Counted from the first letter of the stretch, positions 18,461-28,575 are shown. The stretch is DNA of 64,000 nt from Candidatus Woesearchaeota archaeon (GCA_018653365.1 JABIAG010000003.1:128001-192000), one strand, 5' to 3'. Program-made: numbers and translations. The notes: generated by a model from the letters alone, not told the origin.

Positions 18461-19853
18461 GTGACTCTAAAAGTTCTAAGAACCCATTTATGTTCATTTT
18501 TATTCCAGAAATTGAGTTTAGTCTTTTTATTGCTTTCCAAAGGTATCTTAATCTGAAATAGAATTCTTTATTCGCTTTTTTTAATAGTTCTTCTTGTTGT
18601 TTTGGATTTAATCCAGGCAGGGTCATATACCCTAATTGTAAGTGGTATCCCATCCACTTTTCTACTTTTTTCATATACCAATGTTTATTCTTCAATGCAC
18701 CTGTTTCAAGTGCCCAATCGTATAATTCTGTGTTGGGAAAGGGGGTGCAGATGGCAAAGTGCGCAAAATCGGGGTTTACTTTTTTTGCTAGTTCGATTGT
18801 TTTTCTTACGTTCTCAGGGTTGTCGCCAGGGTTACCAATCATAAAAAAGCCAATTGCTCTAATGCCTACCTTATCAATTATTTTAAATGCATCAATTACT
18901 TGTTGAGGGGTTATACCTTTTTTTATTCGGTTAAGTACTTCTTGGCTTCCAGATTCCACCCCTATTCCTAAAACATGACATCCACTTTTTTTCATTTTTC
19001 TTAAGATTGTTTCATCTAATGTATCAACACGTGAGTTACATCTCCAACTTATTTTTAACCCTCTTTTTTGTATGTCGTCACAGATTTCTTCAACCCACTT
19101 CTTGTCTAATACAAACGTACTATCTCTTATTGAGAAATCTTTTACTCCATATTTTTTATAATTATTTTCCATTTCATCAACAATGTTTTTTGGGCTTCTT
19201 ACTCTTGCTTTCCTTCCATGTGTTTTAAATGCATCACAGAACGAGCAACGATAAGGACATCCTCTAGAACAAATCATTGACATGGTTTTGCTATGTTGTG
19301 AGTAGGGCACTCGATACAAGTTTAAATCTATCAGGTCTAAGTCCGGAAAGGGTAACGAATCTAAGTCCTCAATTAATGTTCGCGGAGCATTTTTTATTAT
19401 TTCATCATTTTTTCTCCAGATCAGTCCTTTAACTTCTTCATCCTTTTTCTTTTGTAGCAATTCAAGGAAGGTATATTCTCCCTCACCATGAATTAAGTAG
19501 TCAACATCTTTTGAGAATTGAAATATTTCTTTTCCAACTGAGTTAACATGGCCTCCACCAAGGACAATTTTAGTGTTAGGGATGCGTTCTTTTACTTTTT
19601 TAGAAATTTCAAGAGCTTGTATGATCTGAGGGGTCATTACACTAATACCTAAAAATCTTGGATTCTCTTTTACTATTCTTTCAATTAGTTGTTCAGTTGT
19701 TACACCTTCACTTTCTGCATCGATTATCTTTACACTGAATCCCTCTTTTTTACAAATTGCTGCAATGTATAGTATGCCCAGAGGTGGAAGAGTGAATTTT
19801 GGTTTCTTACCCTCACTCATTGAGGGGTATACTAGAAGTATGTCTAATGCCAT
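18450..19853 (-). CDS. Cobalamin-binding radical SAM protein (class B methyltransferase-like)
   Basis: PPLGILYIAA, VLGGGH, SRGCPYRCSFC, GVESGS, FMIGNPG. Confidence 0.93.
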   Translation of the reverse strand: MALDILLVYPSMSEGKKPKFTLPPLGILYIAAICKKEGFSVKIIDAESEGVTTEQLIERIVKENPRFLGISVMTPQIIQALEISKKVKERIPNTKIVLGGGHVNSVGKEIFQFSKDVDYLIHGEGEYTFLELLQKKKDEEVKGLIWRKNDEIIKNAPRTLIEDLDSLPFPDLDLIDLNLYRVPYSQHSKTMSMICSRGCPYRCSFCDAFKTHGRKARVRSPKNIVDEMENNYKKYGVKDFSIRDSTFVLDKKWVEEICDDIQKRGLKISWRCNSRVDTLDETILRKMKKSGCHVLGIGVESGSQEVLNRIKKGITPQQVIDAFKIIDKVGIRAIGFFMIGNPGDNPENVRKTIELAKKVNPDFAHFAICTPFPNTELYDWALETGALKNKHWYMKKVEKWMGYHLQLGYMTLPGLNPKQQEELLKKANKEFYFRLRYLWKAIKRLNSISGIKMNINGFLELLESLKS

Positions 19854-19854
19854 T

Positions 19855-20721
19855 TTAATGTCCTCTGGTTTTAACTATTAGGTCTGCTACAAAACCAAGA
19901 AATATCAATTGAATTCCTACTAAAATTAGTGTTACAGGAGTCTCACCCAGCCCACCTGTACTGATTTGATATCCGCCAAATCCTAATCCTCCTAATAATA
20001 GAACAAATCCGGGAATTAGGAAGAATTTTAGTGGTTTAAAGTAAAAGATTATTCTATTAATTAAGCTTATGAACATGAGAAAATCTTTAGGTTTCATGGT
20101 GGACTTGCCACGCCGCTTATAGTAATTAATAGGTTCATATTTTACTGGATAATCATTGGTTAAGAATGCAAGTGTTATTGTTGAGGTGAAAGAGAATCTG
20201 CTGGGGTACATAGCATAAAATTGCATTGCTTTTTTCCGATCAAAAATTCTTAATCCTGAGTTTAGGTCTGGTATGTCATGATTACATACAAATTTTGCTA
20301 ACTTGTTTAACATTGCTTTAGCAGGCCTTCGCATTAAAGGGATACTAACATTTTTCCCAGTTCTAGAACCCACAACCATATCATAATCTTCAAGGTGTGC
20401 TGCAAGTTTAGGGATGTCTTCTACCGGATATGTCATGTCTGCATCGGTGATTACAACATAGTCTGCTTTAGAGTTTTGTAATGCTCTTTTAATAGATGCA
20501 CTATATCCCAAGTTGTAGGGGTTATTGATTAGGTGTATTCCTGTTATGTCTTGTAAAATTTCTTTTGATTTATCTTTAGAACAATCATTTACAACAACGA
20601 TTTCGTATCTTTCAAAGGTTGCTTGCATAACTTTTTTTAAGTGTTCAATAACCTCTTTTACTGAGTTTTCTTCATTATAAACAGGCACTATTGCAGTTAT
20701 GCTGAAGTTTTTGTATTTCAT
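19855..20721 (-). CDS. GT2 glycosyltransferase, polyprenol-phosphate sugar synthase type
   Basis: VPVYNEE, VVNDCSKD, DADMTY, DLNSGLR, two C-terminal TMs. Confidence 0.92.
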   Translation of the reverse strand: MKYKNFSITAIVPVYNEENSVKEVIEHLKKVMQATFERYEIVVVNDCSKDKSKEILQDITGIHLINNPYNLGYSASIKRALQNSKADYVVITDADMTYPVEDIPKLAAHLEDYDMVVGSRTGKNVSIPLMRRPAKAMLNKLAKFVCNHDIPDLNSGLRIFDRKKAMQFYAMYPSRFSFTSTITLAFLTNDYPVKYEPINYYKRRGKSTMKPKDFLMFISLINRIIFYFKPLKFFLIPGFVLLLGGLGFGGYQISTGGLGETPVTLILVGIQLIFLGFVADLIVKTRGH

Positions 20722-20767
20722 AACTTAAACTAAACAAGGGGTATTTAAATAAGTTTCGTAAACCGAG

Positions 20768-21250
20768 TTATTTCTCTAATAAGAACTTTATTTCTTTAGA
20801 ATATAGCTTTCCTTTAACCTTTTTTATTCTAAATCCTGCTGCTTCTACCAACTGTTTTGTCAGGTGTTTTGTTAGAAGTACATAATGGATTGACCTTCCT
20901 TGTTTGAACTTTCTGTTCATGTACCAATACCAAAATTTGTCTAAGTCAAAGAATAGGTTAATGATTACTAAAGGAAAGTATTGACAGTTGGGTACGATTA
21001 ATCGCATAGTCCCTCCACTTTTTAAGCATCTGTAACATTCTTGTAAAACAAAGTATGGGTTTTTTACATGTTCTATTGAATTGTCTGAGTTAATGAACTC
21101 TAAACTAGAATCCTCAAATGGCAAGCCTTCTTCACAATTATGTAACAGGTCAGGGTTATAATCTGGATTTACATCAAGTCCAAAACAGTCTTTGTATTTT
21201 TGATCGGGCATTCCGCATCCGATGTCAATTTTTGTTACTTTTTGATCCAT
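20768..21250 (-). CDS. Small class I SAM-dependent methyltransferase
   Basis: IDIGCG, LPFEDSS, IEHV, LKSGG, IVPN. Confidence 0.85.
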   Translation of the reverse strand: MDQKVTKIDIGCGMPDQKYKDCFGLDVNPDYNPDLLHNCEEGLPFEDSSLEFINSDNSIEHVKNPYFVLQECYRCLKSGGTMRLIVPNCQYFPLVIINLFFDLDKFWYWYMNRKFKQGRSIHYVLLTKHLTKQLVEAAGFRIKKVKGKLYSKEIKFLLEK

Positions 21251-21348
21251 TTTTTCAACTTAGGTAATCTTTTTATACTATCAACCTTTTTTTTCTTATA
21301 GCTGTGGATTGAGTCTGCATTTAAATATGTTTCGTTGTTTCCATAACT

Positions 21349-23631
21349 ATGTTAAAAATGAAAAAGTCATTCAAAAAGCACATTCCTTTTTTACTTCTTA
21401 TTCTTGTTATTGCATTGGTTTACATGCATCCTTTTTTAAGTTCTAATGCTTCTTATCATCACGGTGATTGGCGGATTTCTCATCAGAATACCCTTGTAAT
21501 AATGGATAAAGCACTTGATGATGGGACTTTACCGTTATGGACTAATTTAGTTGATAGTGGGATGCCGTTCTATGCGATTCCGGATAAACCTTTTCTCTAT
21601 CCTCCTCTTCTTTTATTGCTCTGGTTCTTTGGTGCAGTATTTGCTATGAATATTTTGGTTGTTGCGCATATGGCTATTGCTGGTTTGTTCATGTATTTGT
21701 TGGCATTTCATTTATTTCAGAATAGGTATGTTGCTCTGGGTTCGGCACTCATTTTTATGTTGTCTTCTATTAATTTAATGCACGCCCCTTTTTGGAGATA
21801 TTCCACTGCTTGGATTCCTTTGTTAATGTACTTTGTTATTAGAGCGTTCGAGTCTAAAGATAAACGTATCTTGTTTTCAGTTTTAGCAGGAACAATTTTA
21901 GCATTACAAGCTCTGGCTGGAGGAATTTTCATCTTTTACTATACTCTATTGTTCCTTGTAATCTTGTTTTTAATTTTTAAATGGATGTTGGCGAAGAATA
22001 AAGTGGCATCTCTTTTTTCAGTTTTAATGATTTTCTTTATTCTTTTTGGAGTGTTTTTGGGTTTTTCTCTTGTTCGGCTCGCACCCTCAACAGAGTGGTC
22101 TAACTTAATTAACCGGGCGTCTGGATTGGATGTTGAGCAATCAAAAGGCACCACCCTATCTTCTTCTGATGTTTTTACCACGTTCATTTCAGGTAATGCA
22201 AAGGGGTACTATCGGATTGGTTTTTTGGGAACTATTTTTGTTTTATGTGCATTCTGCTTTTTTAGAAAAAAAGAATTTTTTAAGAATAATAAGAATAAGT
22301 TATTAATATTCTTTATTCTGGTTATGTTTATCAATTTAATCTTTGCTACCGGTCTTTTTTATGAGTTTTTTTGGAAGATTATTCCAGGATTAAACAAACA
22401 GCGGCATCTTATTCGTAGTCTGTTTGTTTACGTTTTCTGTGCTTCTATTGTTGCAGGGTATGGATTATTATATTTGTTTACCGTACTAAAAAAGCGCATT
22501 GGCGCCAAACCCTTCAAAATACTTTTTGTAATTCTTTTAGCATTGTTAGTTGTTGATATGTTGGCATTGTCAAATGTTTCAGAGAGATATCCTGATTTAG
22601 AAGATTACAATATAGTTATTGATAATAATCCTTTAGCACAATATTTGAGCACACAGGAAAAGCCTTTTAGAATTCATGTTTTTGAAGTGAGGGGTATTGA
22701 TTACACAAATATTGAAATTGCGACAATTCCGTTAAATGTGGAGGAGACTAGTCATGCCTTTGGGGGTTTTTGGTTTAATGATTACCTTCATGGTTTTATG
22801 AGTCTTGCTTATCAAGGAGATTATGCAAAAATTATGGGTGTTTTAAATGTCAAGTATATCTCCTCTTCAAAGGAAATTAATATTTCTGGTTTGGATTTGT
22901 ACAAAGTTCTTCCCGAGTATGATGGGGCAATTCCTGATTTTATTGATGGTCCGTATTTATATAATAATACTAAAGCAGTCTCACGCGCATTTTATCCTGA
23001 AAATAAAGTTTTGGTGGTTGGAGATTCTGAAAGTGCAAAGCAAATTGTTAGAGTTATTTTACTTCAAGATTCTTTTAATACGTCTAACACTGTTGTTGTG
23101 AGATCAAATAAAGATCGTGTTTCTGAGTTTAATTATGACTTTTTATCTGGGTTTGATGTAGTTGTTTTGGGAAAAGGATCTGTGGAATCAAATGTACCTT
23201 ACTCTCTTAAAAAATATGTTGAAGAGGGCGGAATCTTACTTCCAAATTTGATTGAGGGCGAAAACTCAATTAGTGCCGAGAATTTGGCAAAGGAATTCAG
23301 TTTATTTTCAGGATCAAACATAAATGTTGATGCTTCATTACATTATTCGCAAAACTCTCTTCTAATCAACAATCCTTCTCCTGGTTGGCTGGTTTTGAGT
23401 GAGAGATACGCATTGTTTCCGGGTTGGAGGGTTCGTGCAGATGGTACCGAACTTGATATTTTCCAGGCAGATGGCATTATTTCAGCAGTTAACGTACCAA
23501 GTAATGTTGCTGAATTAGAATTTGTTTATAGTCCTAAGTTTTTTGTTTCAACGTTTATTTTATTTATTCTAACAACGCTTTTTGTTGTTGTTTATCTTCT
23601 CTTATTCTGGAGAAAGTCATCAAAACAATAG
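21349..23631 (+). CDS. YfhO-like GT-C membrane glycosyltransferase
   Basis: PLWTNLVDSGMPF, many TMs, LNVKYI, C-terminal LVLSERY...PGWRVRADG plus TM. Confidence 0.8.
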   Translation: MLKMKKSFKKHIPFLLLILVIALVYMHPFLSSNASYHHGDWRISHQNTLVIMDKALDDGTLPLWTNLVDSGMPFYAIPDKPFLYPPLLLLLWFFGAVFAMNILVVAHMAIAGLFMYLLAFHLFQNRYVALGSALIFMLSSINLMHAPFWRYSTAWIPLLMYFVIRAFESKDKRILFSVLAGTILALQALAGGIFIFYYTLLFLVILFLIFKWMLAKNKVASLFSVLMIFFILFGVFLGFSLVRLAPSTEWSNLINRASGLDVEQSKGTTLSSSDVFTTFISGNAKGYYRIGFLGTIFVLCAFCFFRKKEFFKNNKNKLLIFFILVMFINLIFATGLFYEFFWKIIPGLNKQRHLIRSLFVYVFCASIVAGYGLLYLFTVLKKRIGAKPFKILFVILLALLVVDMLALSNVSERYPDLEDYNIVIDNNPLAQYLSTQEKPFRIHVFEVRGIDYTNIEIATIPLNVEETSHAFGGFWFNDYLHGFMSLAYQGDYAKIMGVLNVKYISSSKEINISGLDLYKVLPEYDGAIPDFIDGPYLYNNTKAVSRAFYPENKVLVVGDSESAKQIVRVILLQDSFNTSNTVVVRSNKDRVSEFNYDFLSGFDVVVLGKGSVESNVPYSLKKYVEEGGILLPNLIEGENSISAENLAKEFSLFSGSNINVDASLHYSQNSLLINNPSPGWLVLSERYALFPGWRVRADGTELDIFQADGIISAVNVPSNVAELEFVYSPKFFVSTFILFILTTLFVVVYLLLFWRKSSKQ

Positions 23632-24365
23632 AATTTTGTTTTTGTTAACATAATTCTAAAGTCTTTTGTTCTGTTCCGTAAATAAAGTATCATCCGGGGA
23701 TCGTTTATTATATTATTAATTTTAATTTTTAATGGAATTTTATATATTTGCCAGGGGTGTACAAACATAAACAGGTCTTTTTTGACTTTTTTTAAAACAT
23801 TCTTGCCAAGTAGTGCAAAACAGAATCCTGATCCAATTGGTTTTTTACGTAAGTTTTGCAGGGTTAAACTTTGAGGTAAACTTTTTGAGATCTTTTTAAT
23901 TGATGTTACTGGAATCTCAATAACTTCTTTTTGATATATTTCATTTCCATAAGCAGAAGAGTCATAATCAAATCCTTTATCTTTTAATAACTGCAAACAG
24001 TCGGGAGTCAGAAACATTTGTGGGGCTCTAAACCCTTTTGGTTTGTATTTTTTTATAAATTCTCTTCCTTTTTCTAATTCTTCTATTAACACAGCTCTAT
24101 TTTGTATTATTCTGTGAGTAAATGAGTGGAATCCTATTTCGTGACCTTCTTTTTTTATTTCTTCAATTAGTTTTGGGTACCAGGAGTAAAGCTCTCCAAG
24201 AATAAAGAATGTGGCTTTTGTTTGATTCTTTTTTAATACTGCTAGAATTTTATGCGTTGCTCTAATTATCCAACCCTTATCTGCTTTTTTTCTTTGTTCA
24301 CTAGTTCTTCGATCATTCAAATTCATATGTACAAATGACTCTAAATCTATACTTAAGTGGTTCAT
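23592..24365 (-). CDS. Polysaccharide deacetylase (NodB/CE4)
   Basis: SIDLE, ATFFILG, GHEIGFHSFTH, GFRAP, YDSS, HPWQ. Confidence 0.9.
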   Translation of the reverse strand: MNHLSIDLESFVHMNLNDRRTSEQRKKADKGWIIRATHKILAVLKKNQTKATFFILGELYSWYPKLIEEIKKEGHEIGFHSFTHRIIQNRAVLIEELEKGREFIKKYKPKGFRAPQMFLTPDCLQLLKDKGFDYDSSAYGNEIYQKEVIEIPVTSIKKISKSLPQSLTLQNLRKKPIGSGFCFALLGKNVLKKVKKDLFMFVHPWQIYKIPLKIKINNIINDPRMILYLRNRTKDFRIMLTKTKFYCFDDFLQNKRR

Positions 24366-24384
24366 TTAGTGTAATTACGAAAAT

Positions 24385-24396
24385 GTTTTTAAATAT
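24385..24396. promoter_or_regulatory. Shared TATA element of the divergent deacetylase/FemAB pair
   Basis: TTTAAA at 24388-24393, centred 25 nt from both starts in a 50-bp gap. Confidence 0.6.
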
Positions 24397-24415
24397 CTAA
24401 CGGTTTTTTTGGGGT

Positions 24416-25423
24416 ATGGAGTTCAAGAACCTTGCCACAGGAGTTTGGGATGATTTTGTTAAAACCCATAGTAATACCTGGATTAATTGTTTAAGTAGTT
24501 GGAATACTTTTTTTGAAAACGAGTTTAATTACAATAATTTAAGTTTTGGAGTTTATGAAGACAATAAGTTAGTTGGAGTTTTCCCTTTATTCAAGGTTAA
24601 AAGTTTGATTTTTGGCAATAGGCTGATTTCAGGGCCTGTTCTTGATGTGGGGGGTTATTTCTCAAAAAAGAAAGGGATTCCTTCTGAAGTTAAAAATCAG
24701 GTTATAATTATTGCAAAAAAAGAAAAAGTGGATTGTGTTGAAGTAAGAAACCCTCCTGAAGCCATGTCTGGTTTTGAAAAGAGATCTGATTATGTTGATT
24801 TCGTTCTTGATTTAGCTACTTCTGAAGAAAAGATTTGGACTGGGTTAAATAAAAAGTTACGTAATGGTATCCGAAAGGCACAAAAAAACATTAAGATAGA
24901 AAAAAAGTCTATTGATCAGGGGTTGGATCAATTTTATAAACTTTATTTAATTACAATGAAAGCTCTTGGTTCTCCTCCGATAACCAAGAAATTTTTTCAA
25001 CAAATGAATAAAACAAAAAGTTATTTTCTTTTTGCTAAACTTGGTGATAAAATTGTTGCAGCAATTTTAGTTAATTATTTTAATGGTAAAGCTAAATATG
25101 AAGCTGCAGTTTACCTTCCTAAATTTCGCAATACTCAAGCCAATCCTTTACTTGTCTACGAAGCAATCTTAAATTCAAAGGCAGATAACATGAATTATTT
25201 TATTTTTGGTCGCACTCAACCAGATAGTTCGGTTTATACATTTAAGAAACGTTGGAATGCTGTCGAGATTCCAATAACTTATTATTACAAGTCTTTTAAT
25301 GGAAAGATTCCTTCTGATGTCCGAAGTTCGAAGCTTGCAGTTCTGTCTTTTGTTTGGAAGGTCTTACCTACTTGCATCACTGCATGGATTGGAAATTATT
25401 TTAGAAAGCAATTGGCAATGTAA
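24416..25423 (+). CDS. FemAB-related GNAT-fold acyl/aminoacyl transferase
   Basis: GVFPLFKVKSLIFGNRLISGP, KLRNGIRKAQK, LGSPP, NPLLVYE, FGRT...VYTFKKRWNA. Confidence 0.82.
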   Translation: MEFKNLATGVWDDFVKTHSNTWINCLSSWNTFFENEFNYNNLSFGVYEDNKLVGVFPLFKVKSLIFGNRLISGPVLDVGGYFSKKKGIPSEVKNQVIIIAKKEKVDCVEVRNPPEAMSGFEKRSDYVDFVLDLATSEEKIWTGLNKKLRNGIRKAQKNIKIEKKSIDQGLDQFYKLYLITMKALGSPPITKKFFQQMNKTKSYFLFAKLGDKIVAAILVNYFNGKAKYEAAVYLPKFRNTQANPLLVYEAILNSKADNMNYFIFGRTQPDSSVYTFKKRWNAVEIPITYYYKSFNGKIPSDVRSSKLAVLSFVWKVLPTCITAWIGNYFRKQLAM

Positions 25424-25424
25424 G

Positions 25425-26126
25425 TTAGAGTCTGAGTCTTAATTTAATCATGTCTAATAACATATTTATTGCCGCTTTTATTATTTTTAATTGATTGTTC
25501 TCTGGATTTTCTAGAATTACCGGGATTTCAACAATTTTAATGTTTTTTTTGTTGGCGTTGTAAAGTAGTTCTGTGTCCCAAATGTAACCATGTTCTTTTG
25601 GATATTTTATTTTTTTGAACACATTTCGTTTTATGATTTTCATTCCTGCTTGTATGTCTTTTTGTGGAATTCCAAATATTATTTTTATGATGAGTCTGTA
25701 TGTCCAACTTAAGACTTTTCTCTTCATAGAACTTTGGTACTTTCCCCCTGAAACGTATCTGCTGGCAATTATGATTTCTGCTTCTTTAACATATTTTTCT
25801 ATAGCCAATTTTAAGAATTTGGTAATATCATATGGAATGTCATCATCAACCATTAGCACCCAATCATATTTGGCTTTTCTTATTCCTAAGGTTAAGCCGA
25901 TTCCCTTTCCTTTTGGTTTGATAAACACTGGTTTGATAATGTCGTCTTTAATTGTATTTAAAATTTCAAATGTATTATCTGTACTTGTTTGTGCAGCAAT
26001 TAAGATTTCAAACTTATCTATTTTTGCAGTCTTAATAATATCTTCAATGGTTTTTCTTATTTTTAGAACGTTTTCTTTTATTATCTTTGAGGAGTTTATT
26101 GTTGGAATAACGACTGATAAATCCAT
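25425..26126 (-). CDS. GT2 glycosyltransferase (dolichol-phosphate sugar synthase-like)
   Basis: Start reassigned to ATG 26126 (MDLSVVIPT); GKG, VDDD, ASRY, DIQAGMK, WDTELL. Confidence 0.88.
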   Translation of the reverse strand: MDLSVVIPTINSSKIIKENVLKIRKTIEDIIKTAKIDKFEILIAAQTSTDNTFEILNTIKDDIIKPVFIKPKGKGIGLTLGIRKAKYDWVLMVDDDIPYDITKFLKLAIEKYVKEAEIIIASRYVSGGKYQSSMKRKVLSWTYRLIIKIIFGIPQKDIQAGMKIIKRNVFKKIKYPKEHGYIWDTELLYNANKKNIKIVEIPVILENPENNQLKIIKAAINMLLDMIKLRLRL

Positions 26127-26272
26127 GATAGTTTGAACATTAACTCTTTTATAAATATTCTTGTTATGTTGAGTTGTGTTAACAGCTTGACTTTTAAACT
26201 GACTTGTTTGTTTTGTTGTAATCAAATCTGTTTTTGGAAAGCTTTTTAAAATATGTTTTCTGTCTTTGTACT

Positions 26273-26521
26273 ATGAAAATGAAGTATGAGTGGGTTTTAG
26301 TTGTTGTTTTGATTATCATCACATTATTTGTTGTTCTGAGTATAAACCCTAAATCTGATTGTCATAAAGAATGTGTTGTTAAGGGATACGATACTGGGCG
26401 TTGTTTAGACATGCCAAAAGAATTAACATGTGAAAGTAAGTTTAATTATTCGTCATTATCGACTGAGTTTTGTTCACAAAAGAATTACCAAGGTTTTTAT
26501 TATGCTTGTTGTTGTCAATGA
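26273..26521 (+). CDS. Membrane-anchored Cys-rich small protein
   Basis: ATG 26273 after a TATA element; N-terminal TM; CHKEC...GYDTGRC...C...C...CCC; ATGA overlap with the next gene. Confidence 0.72.
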   Translation: MKMKYEWVLVVVLIIITLFVVLSINPKSDCHKECVVKGYDTGRCLDMPKELTCESKFNYSSLSTEFCSQKNYQGFYYACCCQ

Positions 26522-27885
26522 TTAATCAATTAAAACGTATGGATGCTGGAGTATTAACTTTAATAATACTTTTTATAATTCTTACGCCCATTTTTCTCAC
26601 ACCCATAATTCATGGTTCAGATGGTCCAGGGTATTATTCATATGTTCGTTCAATGGTTATTGATGGTGATGTGGATCTAGAGAATGAATTAACTCATTAT
26701 AAAGAAACGTATGATTATATCAAGATTAATTTTCGTGAGGGTACGGGAAGGGTAAAATCTCAGTATAACGTGGGGGCAGCCATATTCTGGTCTCCGTTTT
26801 TCTTATTGGCTCATGGTTTATCTCATGTGTTTAGTCTTCCCTTGGATGGTTATTCCCAAATGTATGTTACTTTAAGTATGTTGGGTTCTGCAATTTATGC
26901 CCTGATTGGCCTAATTTTGCTTTATAAGATTGCTAAAGATTTAGTTGGTAAGAAGATTGCACTAATCTCTACTCTGACTGTTTGGCTTGCTTCTCATCTG
27001 TTTCATTATATGTACCTTCAACCCTATATGTCTCACGCTATTTCATTTTTTGCGGTTTCTTTATTTATTTGGTACTGGTATTTTTATATGCGTCCAAAAA
27101 ACTCAGCAAAGCTTTCTTGGAAAAAGTGGGTTTTGTTGGGGGTTGTTGCTGCTCCATTATTACTTGTTAGAATTCAGAACATCCTTTATATTTCAATTCC
27201 TTTAATTTATTATATTTTTGAGCTCATTGACCTGTCAGATTGGAAGGGAAGGATTAAAAGCCTTTTAGGACCTTTACTTGCAGCAATAACTTTTATTATC
27301 TTAATTTTGCCTCAACTTATTGTTTGGAAGATTAATGATGGGCACATTCTCGGTTCTTATATTGGGAATTATGCTAGTGCAGAAGGTTCAAGTTTTAGTA
27401 TCTTGAGAATATTATTTGTTCTTTTTTCAAACAAGCATGGTTTGTTTAATTGGACTCCTGTTTTCTTACTTGGTGCTATTGGTTTATACTTTTTATATAA
27501 GCGAAGCAGGCAGGACAAAAAACTTGTTTTGACCTTGACTGTGGCAATATTTCTCCAATTACTTGTTGCAGCTAGCTGGATGAGATGGTGGGGAGGCTAT
27601 TCTTATGGTAACCGATATGTTTTGGGTACTGCTGTTTTGTTAGGGATTGGTTTTGCATATTTCATGAAAAAGGCATATTTATACAAAAAGTTCCTGTTAT
27701 GGCTAATTCCTGCAATCTTGATTGGTTGGAATTTTAATCTTATGTTTCAGTATGGTTCTAGAATGATTTGTCCGGATTGTTCTGCTAGTCCATTAAGAAT
27801 TTTAAGGAATTTAGTTACTGAACTTCCGAAGAAGGCAATAACAATTTTGAAAAAGTTTCTTTTTGATCGTGGTTCTTTGTTATAA
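26518..27885 (+). CDS. GT-C-type polytopic glycosyltransferase
   Basis: GSDGPGYYSYVRSMVIDGDVDL first loop, about 11 TMs, HGLFNWTP, WWGGYSYGNRY. Confidence 0.72.
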   Translation: MINQLKRMDAGVLTLIILFIILTPIFLTPIIHGSDGPGYYSYVRSMVIDGDVDLENELTHYKETYDYIKINFREGTGRVKSQYNVGAAIFWSPFFLLAHGLSHVFSLPLDGYSQMYVTLSMLGSAIYALIGLILLYKIAKDLVGKKIALISTLTVWLASHLFHYMYLQPYMSHAISFFAVSLFIWYWYFYMRPKNSAKLSWKKWVLLGVVAAPLLLVRIQNILYISIPLIYYIFELIDLSDWKGRIKSLLGPLLAAITFIILILPQLIVWKINDGHILGSYIGNYASAEGSSFSILRILFVLFSNKHGLFNWTPVFLLGAIGLYFLYKRSRQDKKLVLTLTVAIFLQLLVAASWMRWWGGYSYGNRYVLGTAVLLGIGFAYFMKKAYLYKKFLLWLIPAILIGWNFNLMFQYGSRMICPDCSASPLRILRNLVTELPKKAITILKKFLFDRGSLL

Positions 27886-28575
27886 TTATACAACTTCTTC
27901 TGCTTTTTTTAGGTCTTCTGGGAAGTCTATGTCGATGAACTTTTTGTCTCCTATATTAAATGAGGTGACCTCTTCACCATCTAAGATTATTTGATTTATT
28001 ATATTTATTAATGTGACATTTAAATTTGTTTTGAGCGCTTTTTCTATTTGTTTTATCATATTTTTCGCTCCGCTTTTTGAGAGCTTCATGATTCCTATAA
28101 ATTCACTGCTTTGATCGGGGGAATTTTCTTTACTTATTCCTGTTATTCTTCCGTTGTTTTCGATAACTTTTTCTGCTTCCTCTCTGAGTTCTTGTTTTTT
28201 TACTGCTAAGCAAGCATGTCCTGTACATGTTGGAAGTTCTTTTAGAATCGCTGAGTCAAATATTATGTCTGCATACATTACTATGCATTCCTCTTTTAGT
28301 TCTTCTTTTGCTGTTAAAAGTGTTGCAGCCATACCTGATACTTCAAAGAAAGGGTTGTAAACTGTTTTTATTTTCAATTTATTACATTTAGTTTCAAGTG
28401 CCTCTGATTTATATCCTGACACAACTATGATTTCATTTGTTCCTGCAGCTTTAAGCGCATCTATTTGGTGTTCGAGGATTGTTTTGTTTTTAACCATTAA
28501 CAAGCTTTGGGGGACATCTTTAACAAGAGGTAAAAGTCTTGGCGAATTCCCTGCTGCGATGATTATGGCCTTCAT
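27886..28575 (-). CDS. NTP transferase, LicC/PntC-like cytidylyltransferase family
   Basis: AIIIAAGNSPRLLP...PQSLL, VVSGYK, YNPFF, YADIIF, EFIGI, DIDFPEDL. Confidence 0.82.
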   Translation of the reverse strand: MKAIIIAAGNSPRLLPLVKDVPQSLLMVKNKTILEHQIDALKAAGTNEIIVVSGYKSEALETKCNKLKIKTVYNPFFEVSGMAATLLTAKEELKEECIVMYADIIFDSAILKELPTCTGHACLAVKKQELREEAEKVIENNGRITGISKENSPDQSSEFIGIMKLSKSGAKNMIKQIEKALKTNLNVTLINIINQIILDGEEVTSFNIGDKKFIDIDFPEDLKKAEEVV

